Origin: Octopus vulgaris
Taxonomy: Eukaryota
Direction: 5' to 3'
NCBI GenBank assembly: GCA_951406725.2
Contig: OX597817.1
Span: forward strand, 71,052,001-71,116,000
DNA length: 64,000 nt
Shown here: positions 42,891 to 57,726 of the stretch, one piece after another
Layout: each line of letters opens with the position of its first letter
Numbering within the stretch: position 1 is the stretch's first letter
Notes under the pieces: model-generated
Database searches by the model: none
What the model saw: only the letters and a program-made list of their open reading frames with translations
What the model was told of the DNA's origin: nothing
Made by a program: the position numbers and the translations under genes

Positions 42891-42894
<4 letters not shown>
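42640..42894. mobile_element. Tc1/mariner-type MITE; second copy at about 21030-21252
   Basis: Imperfect TIRs tatcgttgctataatg...gtcgtatgtc / gacatacggc...catagtagccacgata; TA flanks; second homologous copy. Confidence 0.7.
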
Positions 42895-42941
<47 letters not shown>

Positions 42942-43329
42942 ATTATTTGGTAAACAATGCCGATTTTACAACTCTGTATTAGTTTAATGCTCGGGAAGAT
43001 TATATATATATTTTTATATATGTTCCATTTAGCAGGCTTTCTTTGCCATCCTGTAGTGCGTCTAAAGTCAAAATCTTCGCGAAGCTGATTTGATGATATT
43101 ACCAGTTTAATCGATGACACTTGACCATATATACTAATCATAAATCACTTGCGCGCACATACATGTACGCTATTGGTAATGATGTTCGACCGGATCATCG
43201 GCGATTAAACCGACATCCCCAGCAATCTACTCTGATAAGAAACGTTGCTAGAAATCCATCCAGATAAAAGCAAGACTTTTTAAAAGGATAGATAAATGAA
43301 GCTTTCTGTGAATTCAGTGACTCTCTACA

Positions 43330-44100
43330 AACAGTGTAGGGACCTAGAAATTTCAGAATAGTGTTAAGTTTGTTGTAAGAACACATACCGGAAGTGAGGT
43401 CTTCTTTAGCTTTCCGTCGTAAAAGCTAAATGTGATTTAAAAATCGTCTGGCTCATGTTGTGAATCTGTGACCTCACTGTAGATCATGACATTCACACAC
43501 TTCAAACTGACCTTTTTGACAGCAAATATCTTGCCAAAACTTTTTCTTTAGAGCATACCAATAGATGAGATGTTGCACAAGACTTGGGCATAAAATGCCT
43601 TAGGTTTGGACGAAGTCGCCATACCATGTTATTTCTTAAATTTTCAACAGTATGTCGTAAAATGGTTTCTATTGTGGTTGGTTGTTCATTTGATACTTGT
43701 GAAGAATGAAAATGGCTCTCTAGGGCTGCGCGTAAAATGATAAACAACACTCATGAACAGTAAACAGAAGCTTTATTTGCTGCTCGTGGTGTTTGCTGTG
43801 TTGGTATTTAGAATAAAAGCAATAAATTATACACTCTGGGAGAGACATACTACTTGGATGTACGACAAAATATGTGGTACGTATCAATCTGTGACTAACC
43901 CATCACAACTGGGAAAATATCGCGTTAAATTCATGGCAGCAAAATCTGTATTTTCTGTCTGCACGGCTGATGTACGAAAAATGAGAATGGAGTCGTTACA
44001 GCAACCGTCTCAGCATTCTGAAATTACCGCCAAAAATTTACCTTTTATAAGACTCATTAGAAGTTTCTAGAAAGTCGAATCAGGTTATTGCTTGACATTA
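43330..44100 (-). pseudogene. Possible Ty3/gypsy integrase relic
   Basis: KLNTILKFLGPYTV (GPY/F-like) downstream of HSSQVSNEQ..IETILR (HPQxNG-like); heavily decayed. Confidence 0.35.
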
Positions 44101-44687
44101 ATTGCTACATTAATCGGCCGATCACGTGAAACAACAGAAATCTCAACGCGGCATCTGCACGGCCGTCCAATCATCCGGTTTCGAATCTGCTATAAATATA
44201 TAAAATATTTTTCGGTATGACTGACTTCATCACCACTGTGACCCATGCAGTGTGATTCTTTCATAAAGTAAATAATTAGATAAATAAATAAACAACTAAA
44301 TAAAAAACAACAACAAAAATCTTGCTCAAGTCTCTGCATATAATTGACCAAATATATGGTCAATTCTGACCGACGAAGACGTTATATATATGCATGCATA
44401 CATATGCATATATATAAGGAACACACACACACACAAACAAACAAACATACATATTTAGATATATATGCTACATAAATATTTGTATGTGTTTGGGTTTTGT
44501 GTGCGTTTATATTTTCCCATTGACGTGTATGTGTTTGTGTGTTTGTGTATATGTATAAATATATATATAAAGGAATAAAACAAATGATTAGGATATAAAA
44601 AAACCCAAAGGCAATAATACAAATATAACACCCCGAACACATATATATATATATGTATGTGTATATATATACATATACATATATATA

Positions 44688-44736
<49 letters not shown>

Positions 44737-44749
44737 TTATATATGTATA

Positions 44750-44804
<55 letters not shown>

Positions 44805-45514
44805 GCATACAGACACGCACACACATATATATTTATTTATACACACACCCATGTACATGTATTTTTTACGTACACGAACGCACGCACGCACACACAGATC
44901 CTGCACATACACCAATGAAAAGTATCTGTTGGGTAGCCCCTTTTACTTACTTATTAAGATAACCCATGCATACCCGCGATCAATGGGTACATCCCTGTCA
45001 AGATCGTCCTGTTCCAAAGTATTGCGATCATCCTCGGTCTCTTTAGCCATGCTAAACTTACCGATATGGGTAAGTTATGAACAGCTCAGAAAACACGGCG
45101 AAATGAAGACAAAAGTATAGATAAATAGATATGCAGAGAAATATATAGGAGTGATAGAGTATGAAAGTAGGAGAGAGGGAGAGAGAGAAATAAAAAGAGA
45201 GAGCATAGCATAAAGAGGAAGATAAGAGAGGAAGATAGGGAGAGAAAGACAGGTATATAGTTAGAAATAGATAGAGTAAGGAGTAGATATAGAAAGTAGA
45301 GTGTTGGGAGAAGTGAGTGAGAGGAGAGAGAGAATGTGACTGCCAGAGTTGGATTGTTTATAATTGTCATATTATTATCATTTAATTCTATTTATGTTTT
45401 ATATTTTATATTTTATTTCGGGAAAACTGTCAAGTATGAGTTATCTCCCGATAGTTTCTTTTCCTTTTTCTTTTTTTCTCTTTTCGATTAAATCATGGAT
45501 AATATATATTAACC

Positions 45515-46080
45515 CTGGTGGCGAGTTAACAGAAACGTTAGCATGCCGGGCGAAATGCTTAGCGGTATTTCGTCAGAGTTCAAATTCCGCCGAGGTCGGC
45601 TTTACCCTTCATCCTTTCGGGGTCGATTAGATAAGTACCAGTTACGCACTGGGGTCGATATAATCGACTTAATCCGTTTGTCTGTCCTTGTTTGTCCTCT
45701 CTGTGTTTAGCCCCTTGTGGGTAGTAAAGAAATAGGTATTTCATCTGCCGTTACGTTCTGAGTTCAAATTCCGCCGAGGTCAACTTTGCCTTTCATCCTT
45801 TCGGGGTCGATGAATTAAGTACCAGTTACGCACTGGGGTAGATATAATCGACTTAATCCGTTTGTCTGTCCTTGTTTGTCCTCTCTGTGTTTAGCCCCTT
45901 GTAGGTAGTAAAGAAATAGGTATTTCGTCTGCCGCTACGTTCTGAGTTCAAATTCCGCTGAGGTCGACTTTGCCTTTCATCCTTTCGGGGTTGACAAATT
46001 GAGTACCAGTTGCGTACTGGTGTCGATCTAATCGACCGGCATCCTCTCTCAAAACTTCTAGCCTTGTGCCTAGAGCAGAA
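45515..46080 (+). mobile_element. Tandem trimer of SINE family B
   Basis: Three consecutive units of about 185 bp rejoining at aataggtatttc. Confidence 0.9.
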
Positions 46081-46192
46081 AAAAAAAATTTTAACCCTTT
46101 GATGTCTGCGGGCCCAGAGCATTTGGAGCCATTTTACGTCACTTGTGTACTTATCCAGCAAAATTCTTATCCGGTGTTATTTCTCGTATTGC

Positions 46193-46280
<88 letters not shown>

Positions 46281-46404
46281 CACACATGCACGCACGCACA
46301 AACACACACATACATACATACACACACGCGTATATGAATATGTGTATATATACATACATGAATGCATATGTGTATGTATGTGTTGTGTGTGTGTGTGTTG
46401 TGTG

Positions 46405-46451
<47 letters not shown>

Positions 46452-48527
46452 TGTGTCTGTGTCTGTGTGTGTCTGTCTGTCTGTGTGTGTATGCATTTAT
46501 GCGTGATCTTTTACTTGTTTCAGTCACTGAACTACACTCATATTTGAAACTGCAAGAACGGCTTAGTTGAATGAATTAATCACAGTACTTTAAGTTCTAC
46601 CAGTTTCATTCTGAAGTTACGGTGGTCGTAAAAAACAAACCCTAAATCGACTGGGCATCTGTGCTTTTCACGTTACGTATTTACCACACACACACAAACA
46701 CACACACGCACACACACTCACTCACAAACATGCGCGCGCTTTCCCATCCGTACGAATACGGTTACGTCTACACCCAAACTCTCCCAACACATATGGGATA
46801 CGACCCTTAAGTCAATACTCCAACGCTCCATCCCTAGTTGCAGTTATTATGTTGCTGTAGTTACTATTGTTGAACCCCATATAAATTGGAATCTAGCTAA
46901 TCCGTGATGAAAGGCATTCTAGCTATGACAATCCTGTCTTTTCAGACACATTATCCAATCTATTATATGCTTCCTTTTCTTTATTATAAACAGTAAGATG
47001 TGTTTTCAGAGAGATTTTGTTACTATTTCTAGCCTGTCGTCCGACCACACTCAGCGTCTCTCATTGACTCAGTTGCTTTGTAAATAATTGCGACGGTAAA
47101 TGTCAGCTCTATTTTTACAATTTTTCATACAATAGAAATAAACAATGTACGGATCGCTGTGTTAGACGGTTCCAAAGTTCTTTGTTTTAAACTACTTAAA
47201 CCCTGTGAGTCGTCCAACATATTTAGAACACATTCTGTTTGTAAATAACTAAAGGACAAAGTAATAATTGTTGTTTCTAATAACACTTTCTACTGAAAGC
47301 ACAAAGCTCGAAATTTGGGAGAGGTGGATAATCGATTACATCGACCCCGTTACTCAACTGGTATATCGACCCCATTCCTATGTTCTGAGTTCAAATTTCT
47401 CCTAGAGACGGACGAAATAATGCCAGGCATTTTTCCCGGCGCGCTAACGATTCTGCCAGCTCGCCGCTTTTTTGTTGTATCTTATAATTGTTCATAGCTG
47501 AAGATCCCAAAATCTTCGTTGAGGAACACTTGGTTTATGTAAGACAAGTATCCATGGCTTCTGCATCGTTGAAGGCACATGACTACTTTTGTAAAGTCAA
47601 TCTCAAGTTTGTATTCGTTTCTGTTCTTTTAATGCTGTCATATGTGATCTTATTTCTTTCTCTTTTCGTGCTTCATCGAGCAGTTCCTTGTATTAGTCGT
47701 TTCAGAGCCTTATTAAAGCTTTGTTAACCTTACTGAAGGCTGTGAATTTCATTTCGTTCAAGGAGGAAGCTGGTTAACTCCTCATAAAATACTGGTTCAC
47801 CTTCATAAAGCGAGTTTTTCCTCAGTGACCACCCGTCTTTACACCAACTCGCATTTGTTGTTTTGAAGGGATAGGGTGTAGATGACGGGTAGTCTACTGA
47901 TTCCCTTCGGCCTCCTGTATACGTCCTCGTAAATGGGTGTGATAGTACTGCTAAGCGGAGGTACTTCGTGGTTATTTACTTCTAACTGAGCAAAGGGTTT
48001 AGAAATAGATGAACCAACGTGCTTTTTCCATAAAAGGGAAAGAGCAGGCACTCTAATTCGGTTCAACGAAAACTGGGACAGGGTTCCACAATCAACTGGT
48101 AAATTATGTCGGAAGTGATCTAAACGTTCACCACATCTTCCCAATTTTGGAATGATAAATTCCTCTTAGCTCATTCATAGATGAAACCGGCCAGCCTCCT
48201 CGCAACCTCATCCTAGTTCCTATCCATAACATATGGACAAATTAACCTTAAGACCAAAACTGTATATATAGCATATATATATGAATTTGTAAATGTAAAG
48301 ATTTATTTTTCCAAGTACAGATGGCTTTTCACTACACAGATACTTAGACTCTTCAATTTCGTCTTGACACTGAAAATATTTCCGACCTATTCTCCTTGCT
48401 CGTTCAACCCGATAGAAACAGTAGCCACATTTCACTTATATCACACTCAAACATTTTAAAAAGAGAATGCCAAGTTTGGCATTGTATAAAATACACAAAA
48501 TCTACTGATTGGTCAAGACACATACTC

Positions 48528-48559
<32 letters not shown>

Positions 48560-51096
48560 CTTCTTCTTCTTCTTCTTCTTCTTCTTCTTCTTCTTCTTCT
48601 TCTTCTTTTGCGGAGCTGACTAACTGTGCATGTGTAGGTGTGTGGATGATCGTGTTGAGCTCGGAAGTGGTCAATGCTGGTGTGTGCGTGGTGGTGTTGT
48701 GTGGTATGGTGTGGTATGGTGGTGTATGGTGTAGTGGTGTGTGGTGTGGTGATGGTGTTGGGATGTGGGGCAAGTGAGAGTGGGAAAGTAAGGGTGGGGT
48801 GTGGTTTAGGTTGAGGGTTGGGGTAGAGGGTGGGAGTGGGTGTAAGGGATGGGGTGGGGTGGGCTGGAATGGATAGGGAAGGTGGGGTTACGAGGAAGGG
48901 GTGACGATGAAGGGAGAGGGGGAAGGTGGGTAGGAGTGAAGAGAAGAGAAGAGAGGTGGGTTATTAACCGTGTCGATTTTATTTACCTGGGAGGGACGTT
49001 GAAAACGTTTTCTCCAGAGCAACCCATCCTCTCCTGGTACACGCAAAAGAAAATTTTAAGCTTTGGTAACATTCGACGTTTAGGATCCGATATTCGGCGT
49101 TCCTGAGTTTAATTAAAAACCAAAAACAAACGAAACAAATGCTAACTTATATCCCCATACATGTGTGTTTGCGCGCGCGCGCGCGCGCGTGTGTGTGTGT
49201 GTACACGCACATATGTACGCGCATAATGAAAGATAAGCGAGCAAAAAGTGTTGATTAAGTTGATTAAGAAAGTTTCGGCGCTTATGTTTCTTCACACACG
49301 GTGGTAGTACAACGCAGCCAATGGGATGATTCCATATGTTTGCTGATTTGTGTCCGTGGGCATTCACCGATAACAATGTGATAAGGATATTTATACTCAT
49401 ATACATTATACAGGTACACACACATATGGAAACAAATATATACGCATATAGACACGTGTATACAGGCGTACGAACACATATACACATATACACACATACA
49501 AAAATACATTATATACGTGTACATGTGCAAAGCCACTCACGCGATATAGACATTTATACACACATCCGCATACATTCGCATACAATCACTTGCATATACA
49601 TACGCTTATACACACAAACATCCACACATATATTTACACGTGCACGAATATAGATTTACATACGCATACAGAGGTAAACACACTCACATTGCACGCATAT
49701 AAGTGTAACGGTTGAAAATTTGTTGTTATAACAGCATGTTGTAGGATGTGAAAGATGGACAATGCACGAAGCTTTCAGAAAGTATTTATTTATCGTTACG
49801 TTGAAAATACCTTGCCTCGTCGGGCCGATTATAAAATCCGAGAGCATGCGAAAGAAAGTTAGATGTGGTAGAATTTTTCTTTGTATAGTTTTGTGTACAC
49901 GTTGTTAGTAGTAATCCACAGATAGCGATATGATGATATTGCAAGAGAACAGAATTAGAGCTAGTGAAAGTTGTCGGGTCGTGGGAAGGTGTCTCACAGC
50001 TGATGACAGTAAATTTAATTTCTCTCCCTGGCCATTGTCTTTAGTAGCTGTCTTGCTTTGGATCATGATTCCAGCGGTCTGTTCCCTAACTGATTGAATT
50101 GTCATGAGCCGACTCGCTCAGTTGACACCAAGTGACTACTGGTTTTTGCTTGGGGGGTTCTTGCTTTTATAACTATCCAGAAGGATAGACAAATCGTTGA
50201 GAACAATGGGCTTCATTGGTGGTACTGTGATATCTCTATTCTAGCTTTTGGTAAAGTAGAAGAAGTTAGAAAAGGTCAAGTGGTGAAGAGTGAAGGAACA
50301 TGTGCATAGTTATACAAACTGGTACAAAAAAAGAAAAAAAGGGAAAAAATAATAAATAAAATAAAACTGAATATTTATCCAACAAATGCGGTGTTGAGCA
50401 CTCATTCTCACTGTTCGATATTATTGTATGCATGCATGTATGTATGTATGTATGTATGTATGTATGTATGTATGTATGTATGTATGTATGTATGCATGCA
50501 TGTATATACGTATGCATGCATGTACGTATTAGCAAACAAAAAAGTATGTGATCTTCGCTTATTGGAATCATGCAAAACGAAAATCTTATGAATATTATTA
50601 ATATGAATAGAAATCCTGACATATTATATTATTATAATTCTTCACACATGTTTCATCCAAAAATGCAAACCTGAACTAAACTCCAATTCATTCTAATTGT
50701 ATTACTAATAGTCACTTAATTACTTGACCTCTGGACACCCATTTATATTCAAATCTGAGTCACGAGAGGTCCGACATGACTCTTATGGAGAAGGTATTCA
50801 TACCTTGGCAATTGCTTTGATCGTGAAAGCGTTACTTATTTAATTTGTAATGATGTAATATGATCTTAATATCACCATAAATTCTATTATAAAAACTTTC
50901 TGTGACTCTTACATTTCTTTTCTTTCTTATGTACCTATCCAACGTGTACACAGAGCTTTCCATTCTTCATTATTCTGTTAGACTTTCAACCACCGAGAAA
51001 GATCAAAAGGTCAACTTATTCTCATTAATCTGTAAGTGCTGAGAGAAGAAAATAAAAATACTTTAAATTTGAATTTTGAAATGCTGATTTTTCTGC

Positions 51097-51352
51097 GACT
51101 AAAAATTCTTCAAGGCGGTGCCCCAGCATGACCACAGTCTACTAATTGCAGCAAGTAAAATTTTTTTTAATTCTGGCATCGATACATTCGACTAAAATTT
51201 TTTCAAGGTGGCGCTCCAGCATCGCTGCAGTCTAATAACTGCAGCAACAAGTAAAAAAAATAATAAAAAATTCTGGCTTCGATGCACCCGACTAAAAATT
51301 TTTCAAGGTGGTGCTCCAGCATGGCCACCGTCTAATGACTGAAACAAGTAAA
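51097..51352 (+). repeat. Three tandem copies (about 95-100 bp) of the SINE A 3' tail, followed by a 15-16-bp ggcttttgtcc minisatellite (51361-51425)
   Basis: Direct. Confidence 0.85.
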
Positions 51353-52104
51353 ACACAACCGTGAGGCTTTTGTCCGAGGGGCTTTTGTCCTAAGGGGCTT
51401 TTGTTCTAGGAGGCTTTTGTCCTACACTCCTTGAAATGTATGCACAAGGTAAGATTGAGTAATGTCTGTGCTTCCGGCCAATGATTGGTTGGAGTCGAGA
51501 TATCGGGTAAGATATCGGTTTTGTACAGAGAAAACCAACCCTATGAGTATTTAGCGCCTAAGGGGCTTGTCCACGTTACGCGTTACTTTGAGTAGTACGT
51601 TGCTGGTTGACTCTAGGGTGTCCGACCAGTCGTAAATTCCCTTGGTGTATTATAATCAAATGAATAAAAATGCTGTTTCTTACTTGTCTTTTCTTATGTA
51701 ACTTATAATGAAGAATACGTCAAAAGACTGTAATCATCAGATGAGAACGTAATTTTTACAGAACGAACAGGTATCTCAGGAATGCAACAGAGATGTGTCT
51801 GTCGAGGTGAGCTATGATAAGGAAATGACCAACAATGTTAGCCGTTAAAATGTAGTTCTGGAAAGAGTGTAATATGATATCTAAGGTCAGTGCCCCCGGG
51901 AGAGAAAAGAGTCTGTTAGACTAGAACAGGGGTAGACTTGAATGGGTTTTTGAAGATAATTTATAGTAGAGTAAGAATGGTGGTGATTGGGAGAGGTAAA
52001 AAAAAAAAACATTAAGGAAAAAAATAGAGATAAATGAATCGACTGTAAGAAACAACTGTAATGAGCTGACACTTAACCGTCGTGCGCTTTTATTCATTTG
52101 ATTA

Positions 52105-52351
52105 TGTGTGTGTGTACAAACATACATACATGCATATTTATGTGTATACATACATACATTCATATAGATAGATAGATGGACAGAGAAAGCGAGCGAGAGA
52201 AGAGAGAGAAAAAGAGAGAGAAATGTGTGTGTGTGTGTGTGTGTACAAACATACATATATACATATTTATGTGTATACATACATACATTCATATAGATAG
52301 ATAGATGGACAGAGAAAGCGAGCGAGAGAAGAGAGAGAAAAAGAGAGAGAA

Positions 52352-52385
<34 letters not shown>

Positions 52386-52488
52386 AAACATACATATATA
52401 ATATTTATGTGTATACATACATTCATATAGATAGATAGATGGACAGAGAAAGCGAGAGAAGAGAGAGAAATGTGTGTGTGTGTGTGTA
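52105..52488. repeat. Three tandem composite microsatellite units of about 120-130 bp
   Basis: (TG)n-tacaaacatacat...attcatatagatagatagatggacagagaaagcgag repeated. Confidence 0.85.
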
Positions 52489-53339
52489 GCCATAAAAGAA
52501 AAGAAATCACAGAGGTGACCGCCATAGCTTGGAAACCAAAGTTATTTCCCTTTACAACAGGCGGTAAATAAATCTGATACAGTTTGTTCCCTTACACCGC
52601 GCATTTTTATTGTACGATCTCTTGAGCATATGATACCAGAAAAAAATATGACCATATATGTATCAAAGTATTCGATATAAGAATGAAAGCAAATAACGCA
52701 TACACACGCACACACACACGCTCACATATTCATATAGCCGTAAGTGTGACTATGTGGTAAGAAGCTTGCATCCCAAGCACATCGTTGCGGGTTCAGTTAC
52801 ACTGCTTGACATCTTGGTGTAGTGTCTTCTACTATAGCCTCGCTCTGACCAATGTCTTATGAGTGGATTTGGTAGACTGAAACTGAAGGAAGCAACACAC
52901 ACACACACATATATATATATACGTATGTGTGTGTAAGCGTGTGCGCCTCATCCGCTTGACAATCGGTGTTGGTATGTTTACGTCCCGTTAGTTACTGGTT
53001 CGGCAAAAGTGACCGATAGAATAAGTACCAGGTTTAAATAAGTTCCAGTATTGGGGTCGACACATTCAACTTAACGTTCCTCAAGGCAGTACCAGGACCG
53101 AATTTAAACCACGGAGAGCCTGAGGTACTTGGAATTCGGTGGGCCCCCTCATGCACAAGATTTAAAATTTTGGGAAATTAGCAAATTTATATCTCAAAGC
53201 CATGAAACACATGTAATTGTGTTTGACACTGTATCAGAGGAAGTTTATGGATTATGCAAAAACATAATCCAAAAGACAACAGTAATTAAGACCTTGGTTT
53301 CATCATAGACCAGCAATGATCATGGTGAGTTCCATTAGT

Positions 53340-53960
53340 AACCATCACAGATCTGAGCATCACAGATGATACAGCACTCTTATCTAACAGATCACTCATA
53401 TCTAACATAATCAAGCTCAACAGCTGTTCAGCACAGTAGAAGTATCAGCTGCTAAGATAGGACTGCACACAAACATCAAGAAAATGGAATACATATCTTT
53501 CAACCAATCAAGTGATACTGAACTGTTTGTACTGAATGGTTCCAAATTGAATGTTGCTGAAGACTTCAAGTACTTAGGTGGTTGGATGAGCAGTTTGGAA
53601 GCAGACATCAAGATCAGAAAGAAACAAGTATGGACAACCTGTCACAAACTAAAGAAACTGGAACATCAAACTGCCCAGGCAAATCAAAATGAAGCTGTTT
53701 ATTGCAACTGTTGAATCAATGCTATTACATGGTAAGGAAATATGGACACTGACAAAGAAATTATCAAATAGGCTAAATGGATGCTACACAAGGATGCTAC
53801 AAATGGCTCTAAATTTGAAATGGCAACAACAAATGACAAATGAATTGCCTTTATGGAGACCTGCTGAAAAAAAAATTACATGGAGACAGCTGCAACTATC
53901 TGATCACTGGGTGCATCCAAATTAGTCTTGTGGAACCCACTTCATAGTGATGTAAGCAGA
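53340..53960 (+). pseudogene. Decayed RTE-like LINE RT fragment
   Basis: TDDTALL, DFKYLGGW, LFIATVESMLLHGKEIW, LNGCYTRMLQMAL. Confidence 0.75.
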
Positions 53961-56900
53961 AAAAAACATTGTTACAATTCGACAACTTGATTGCAAACAT
54001 TGGCTGGATTTAGTTTTTTTCCATTCGCAAAATATGCATTTTTTAAAAGACAGTAAAATATCTGAAAATCTGAAAATCAGCCTTCCAGTCTTATTGCTTT
54101 GAAGGTATGATGTCTCAGAGAAAAATATTGGAGAAAAATGTTACAGAGGTTTAAAAATCGAAGAAACTGTATATTTTTAGCCAACAGCGAGACAGAAATT
54201 TTCTGCATTTTGCAGAGTGGTGTCAACTTTAAAGTTATACCCTGTGAAATTTAGAGTTTAGTGTCTGACCTGTTGTTGTAGGTTTCTAAATAAACAGAAA
54301 TATCTAATAAAATCAACATGTATCATCTCACTGTTTCTATTGTCTCTTTATTGATTGTATGTTTTTATTATTTTTTCAATTTGTTATAATAATATTTGTC
54401 TGCATATGTTTACTTCATGTGTATTTCAGTATTATGTATACCTGTCATGTATTTGTGTACATCATTAATATATAAATGCATGTGGATGTATGTATTCATA
54501 TATAAGTTTATATGTACATTTAAGCATTCGTGTGTATGTGTGTGTGTGTGAAGGGGTTGTCTGTCTCTAAAACTTCAAAATTGAGTAACATTTGCATGCT
54601 TGGATTTCTAAACTATGATAAGAATGACACTGGTCAACAAAGAATTTGTCCCAAGGAAAATAATACCTGTGTCTTATATGTTTTTGCATGCAGAATTCAA
54701 AAATAATGTCAAATTATCTGTATCATCCACAGTTTCTCTGTTCCATGATATAGCTCTGAGTTCCTGTTACGTGGGCTAAGTTTCAGTTAAGCTGTTGAAA
54801 TGTGAAGCTAACAGTTTAAATAATACTCCTAATTTAAATTTTTATAAACAGAATTAACCTAGTGAAATCATAAATCCTGCTATCTGAGTCAATGAATCCC
54901 AAAAATATATGAAATAAAAAATATGTAAAAATACTAACACACAGAAAAAAGCACAGAAAAATATGTAATATACTAACACACAGAAAAGTTAAGACAAAAC
55001 ACACGGGTGAAAAGAATCTTGTGGTGTGAAGAATTAAGTGTGAAAAATCAACATAGACAACAGCGGCACAGAAAACAGTGAATCACAACACAGCATGTGG
55101 TTGTCATGGTAACAAGCTGCTAACACCATGCTGTCTGTTGATTGACTAAAACTACCCAAATTTCCCAACTTTAATGCCAAATAACATCAAATTCTTTAAT
55201 TTACGAGATAGAATTGCATCGATACATCAAAATTGAAAGCAATCTGAGTAAAATTAAGGGGGCTCATTTTGTGAATGAGAAAGACTAGATCCCACTAGCC
55301 TCGAATATATCCAGGACCTCAAAGTAGTGATGATAGACAGAGAAGTGTGGCAAGTAGACTTTGTTGCCATAATAATAAATAACCCAGCTGTAATAATAAA
55401 TAATATTCTGAAAGTCTGTTTCCAGTAAGGGGTGGTGGGGCACAATGAGTAACATTTACTGTATTTTTGACTTTGAGAAAAAATTATTTTTATAAATGTT
55501 CACTATCTTACAAAAACTACATCAGCTAATCAACCGATCTTCTCTAAATGCATTAAAAACCACTATAACATATTCAGAACTCTATGTCAGAAAATTACCT
55601 CGGTTCTCTACAAGACAAATTTAGGTGGGTCAAAATGAGTAAGAAAAGATAAGGTAAATTTGCCTCTTCAATTCTCCAGAATTACATTTGGTAAAAACTC
55701 ATACACATCAATATCTAGGTCAAACGAAAGGGAATCATGGGAAAATGAAATTAACAAAGCTTGACAAAATCAAAATACTCGACATAAAATATTCTCTATA
55801 GTTTCTTTACTATCTGCTGGAGTGGTTCTCTGCAGAATTCTGGTTTAAGCACCTCATATAACCCTTTATAACTATTTCATTTTTCTGAATTTTCAAAGCA
55901 CGCGAGGATTCATACAACTATAAAAAAATTTTTTTAATTCTTAGAATTTTTATTTTTCTAATTACAGACAGTCCTAAATTTTGACTTCAATCCCAGCAAT
56001 GGCCCATTAAACATGTTTATGGGGAGAAAGATATTGAAAAACATCAGTACATCAGAGTTACAAAGAAACAAGAAGGGTATCAGGTGGCCATGAGAGGTGC
56101 TAAAAATAACAGCTAAATAGCCCTTAAATCAGACACAAAAACATTTTTTCCTTTTGTTTTTTTCATAGTTGTATGAATTCCCATGTGTAGAATACAAATT
56201 TGCAAAACTTTTCTGAAGATTCCAAAAAACTAGAAAAAGTAATGAGATGTTATATGGGATACTTAAAAGCAGAATTCCACCTGGATCTCTTCCTGATACA
56301 TTTATGCACCATTCAGTTAAACAGAGGAGATTACTCATTTTGCCCCAGTTTAGACATCAGTTTTTGAAAATTGAAAATTGAGAATTATCAAATTAGACAT
56401 TAGTGTGGGAAAAATTGACTTGGAACCCAACAGAGGAAAGAATTTGGATTGTTGATCATCCCAAATTGTTTAGCTATTTTATTAACAACCTCAACTACAA
56501 CTGGGTCAAAGTTGAGGGAAAATTTCTTGAAAATAAGTACCTGTTACCTGATGTTTCAAACAGCCTCAACAGCAACAACAACAATGGTAGCCAATGTTTA
56601 CTCCCAAAGATGATGCAAGAGTACAAAATGGTGATGCAATACTTGCTATGTAATGTTTTCAGACAAATAGTGAGAAAATAATGAGAAATTGGTTATAACT
56701 CATTTTGCCCCTGTAGTTATTTCAAGTACTTGACAAAATGAGGAAAAATAGTGAAAAGGAAAGAAGAAAAAGACTCAGTTTAATGAAAACATGTGAGCAT
56801 AAAAGTAATAATTCTAAAGCTGACAAAAAAAACAAAAAAAAAAACAGAAATGCTTTGAGCTGTTGAGAGAGGTAATTTTATAATTAAAAGTAAATTCAAG

Positions 56901-57151
56901 ATTTAAGTTTTGGAACATATTACTTACTTGCTCTTTCATAGAATGAAGCCAGTTTTCAATGCCTCCCTGAAATAATGTTTACAATGGCAATATGTGTGTG
57001 TGTGAGTTTCTTTAATGGCCAGTGGTTTATCTAAGGTCACTGTGCACAGTCATGCACCGAAAGAAAGAATTTGAATTAGTGAGGATAAATAACTTCTTTT
57101 TATCAATCTATCTATATTTATATACATCCATGCTCTTTCTCTCTCTCTCTC

Positions 57152-57470
57152 GTGGAGGCACAATAGCCCAGTGGTTAGGGCAGCGGACTCGCGGTTGGAG
57201 GATCATAGTCGGAGGATCGCGGTTTCGATTCCCAGACTGGGCGTTGTGTGTGTTTATTGAGCAAAAACACCTAAAAGCTCCATGAGGCTCCGACAGGGGG
57301 TGGTGGTGACCCCTGTTATACTCTTTCACCCCAACTTTCTCTCACTCTTTCTTCCTGTTTCTTGAGTAACGCTGAGATGGACTGGTGTCCCATCCAGCTG
57401 TGGAGGAACAACATATGCCACAGAAACCAGGAAACCAGGCCCATGAACCTGGATAGACTTGAAAAGGGTG
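57152..57470 (+). mobile_element. SINE family C with an alternative 3' body and tail
   Basis: Head and first about 190 bp match the 37030-37345 copy; the 3' part differs. Confidence 0.85.
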
Positions 57471-57507
57471 TATAAATAAAAAAAATGCCCTCTCTCACTC
57501 ACACACA

Positions 57508-57558
<51 letters not shown>

Positions 57559-57726
57559 TCACAGATACATACATACATCTATTGGAGTGTTTTGTTGTTT
57601 TTTGTCAATATCTCAAAAGAAACTACAGTTCCCATGAGAATTGTGGATGCTTTGGGAATGATAAGCAAATTGATTGATGTCAGTAATGTAGTTACAACTG
57701 GTTATTTATTAAAAAGGAGGGTCCAT

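Noticed and set aside
47500-48250. Possible minus-strand LINE endonuclease relic (VYRRP)
   Set aside because: Too decayed to support from more than one motif
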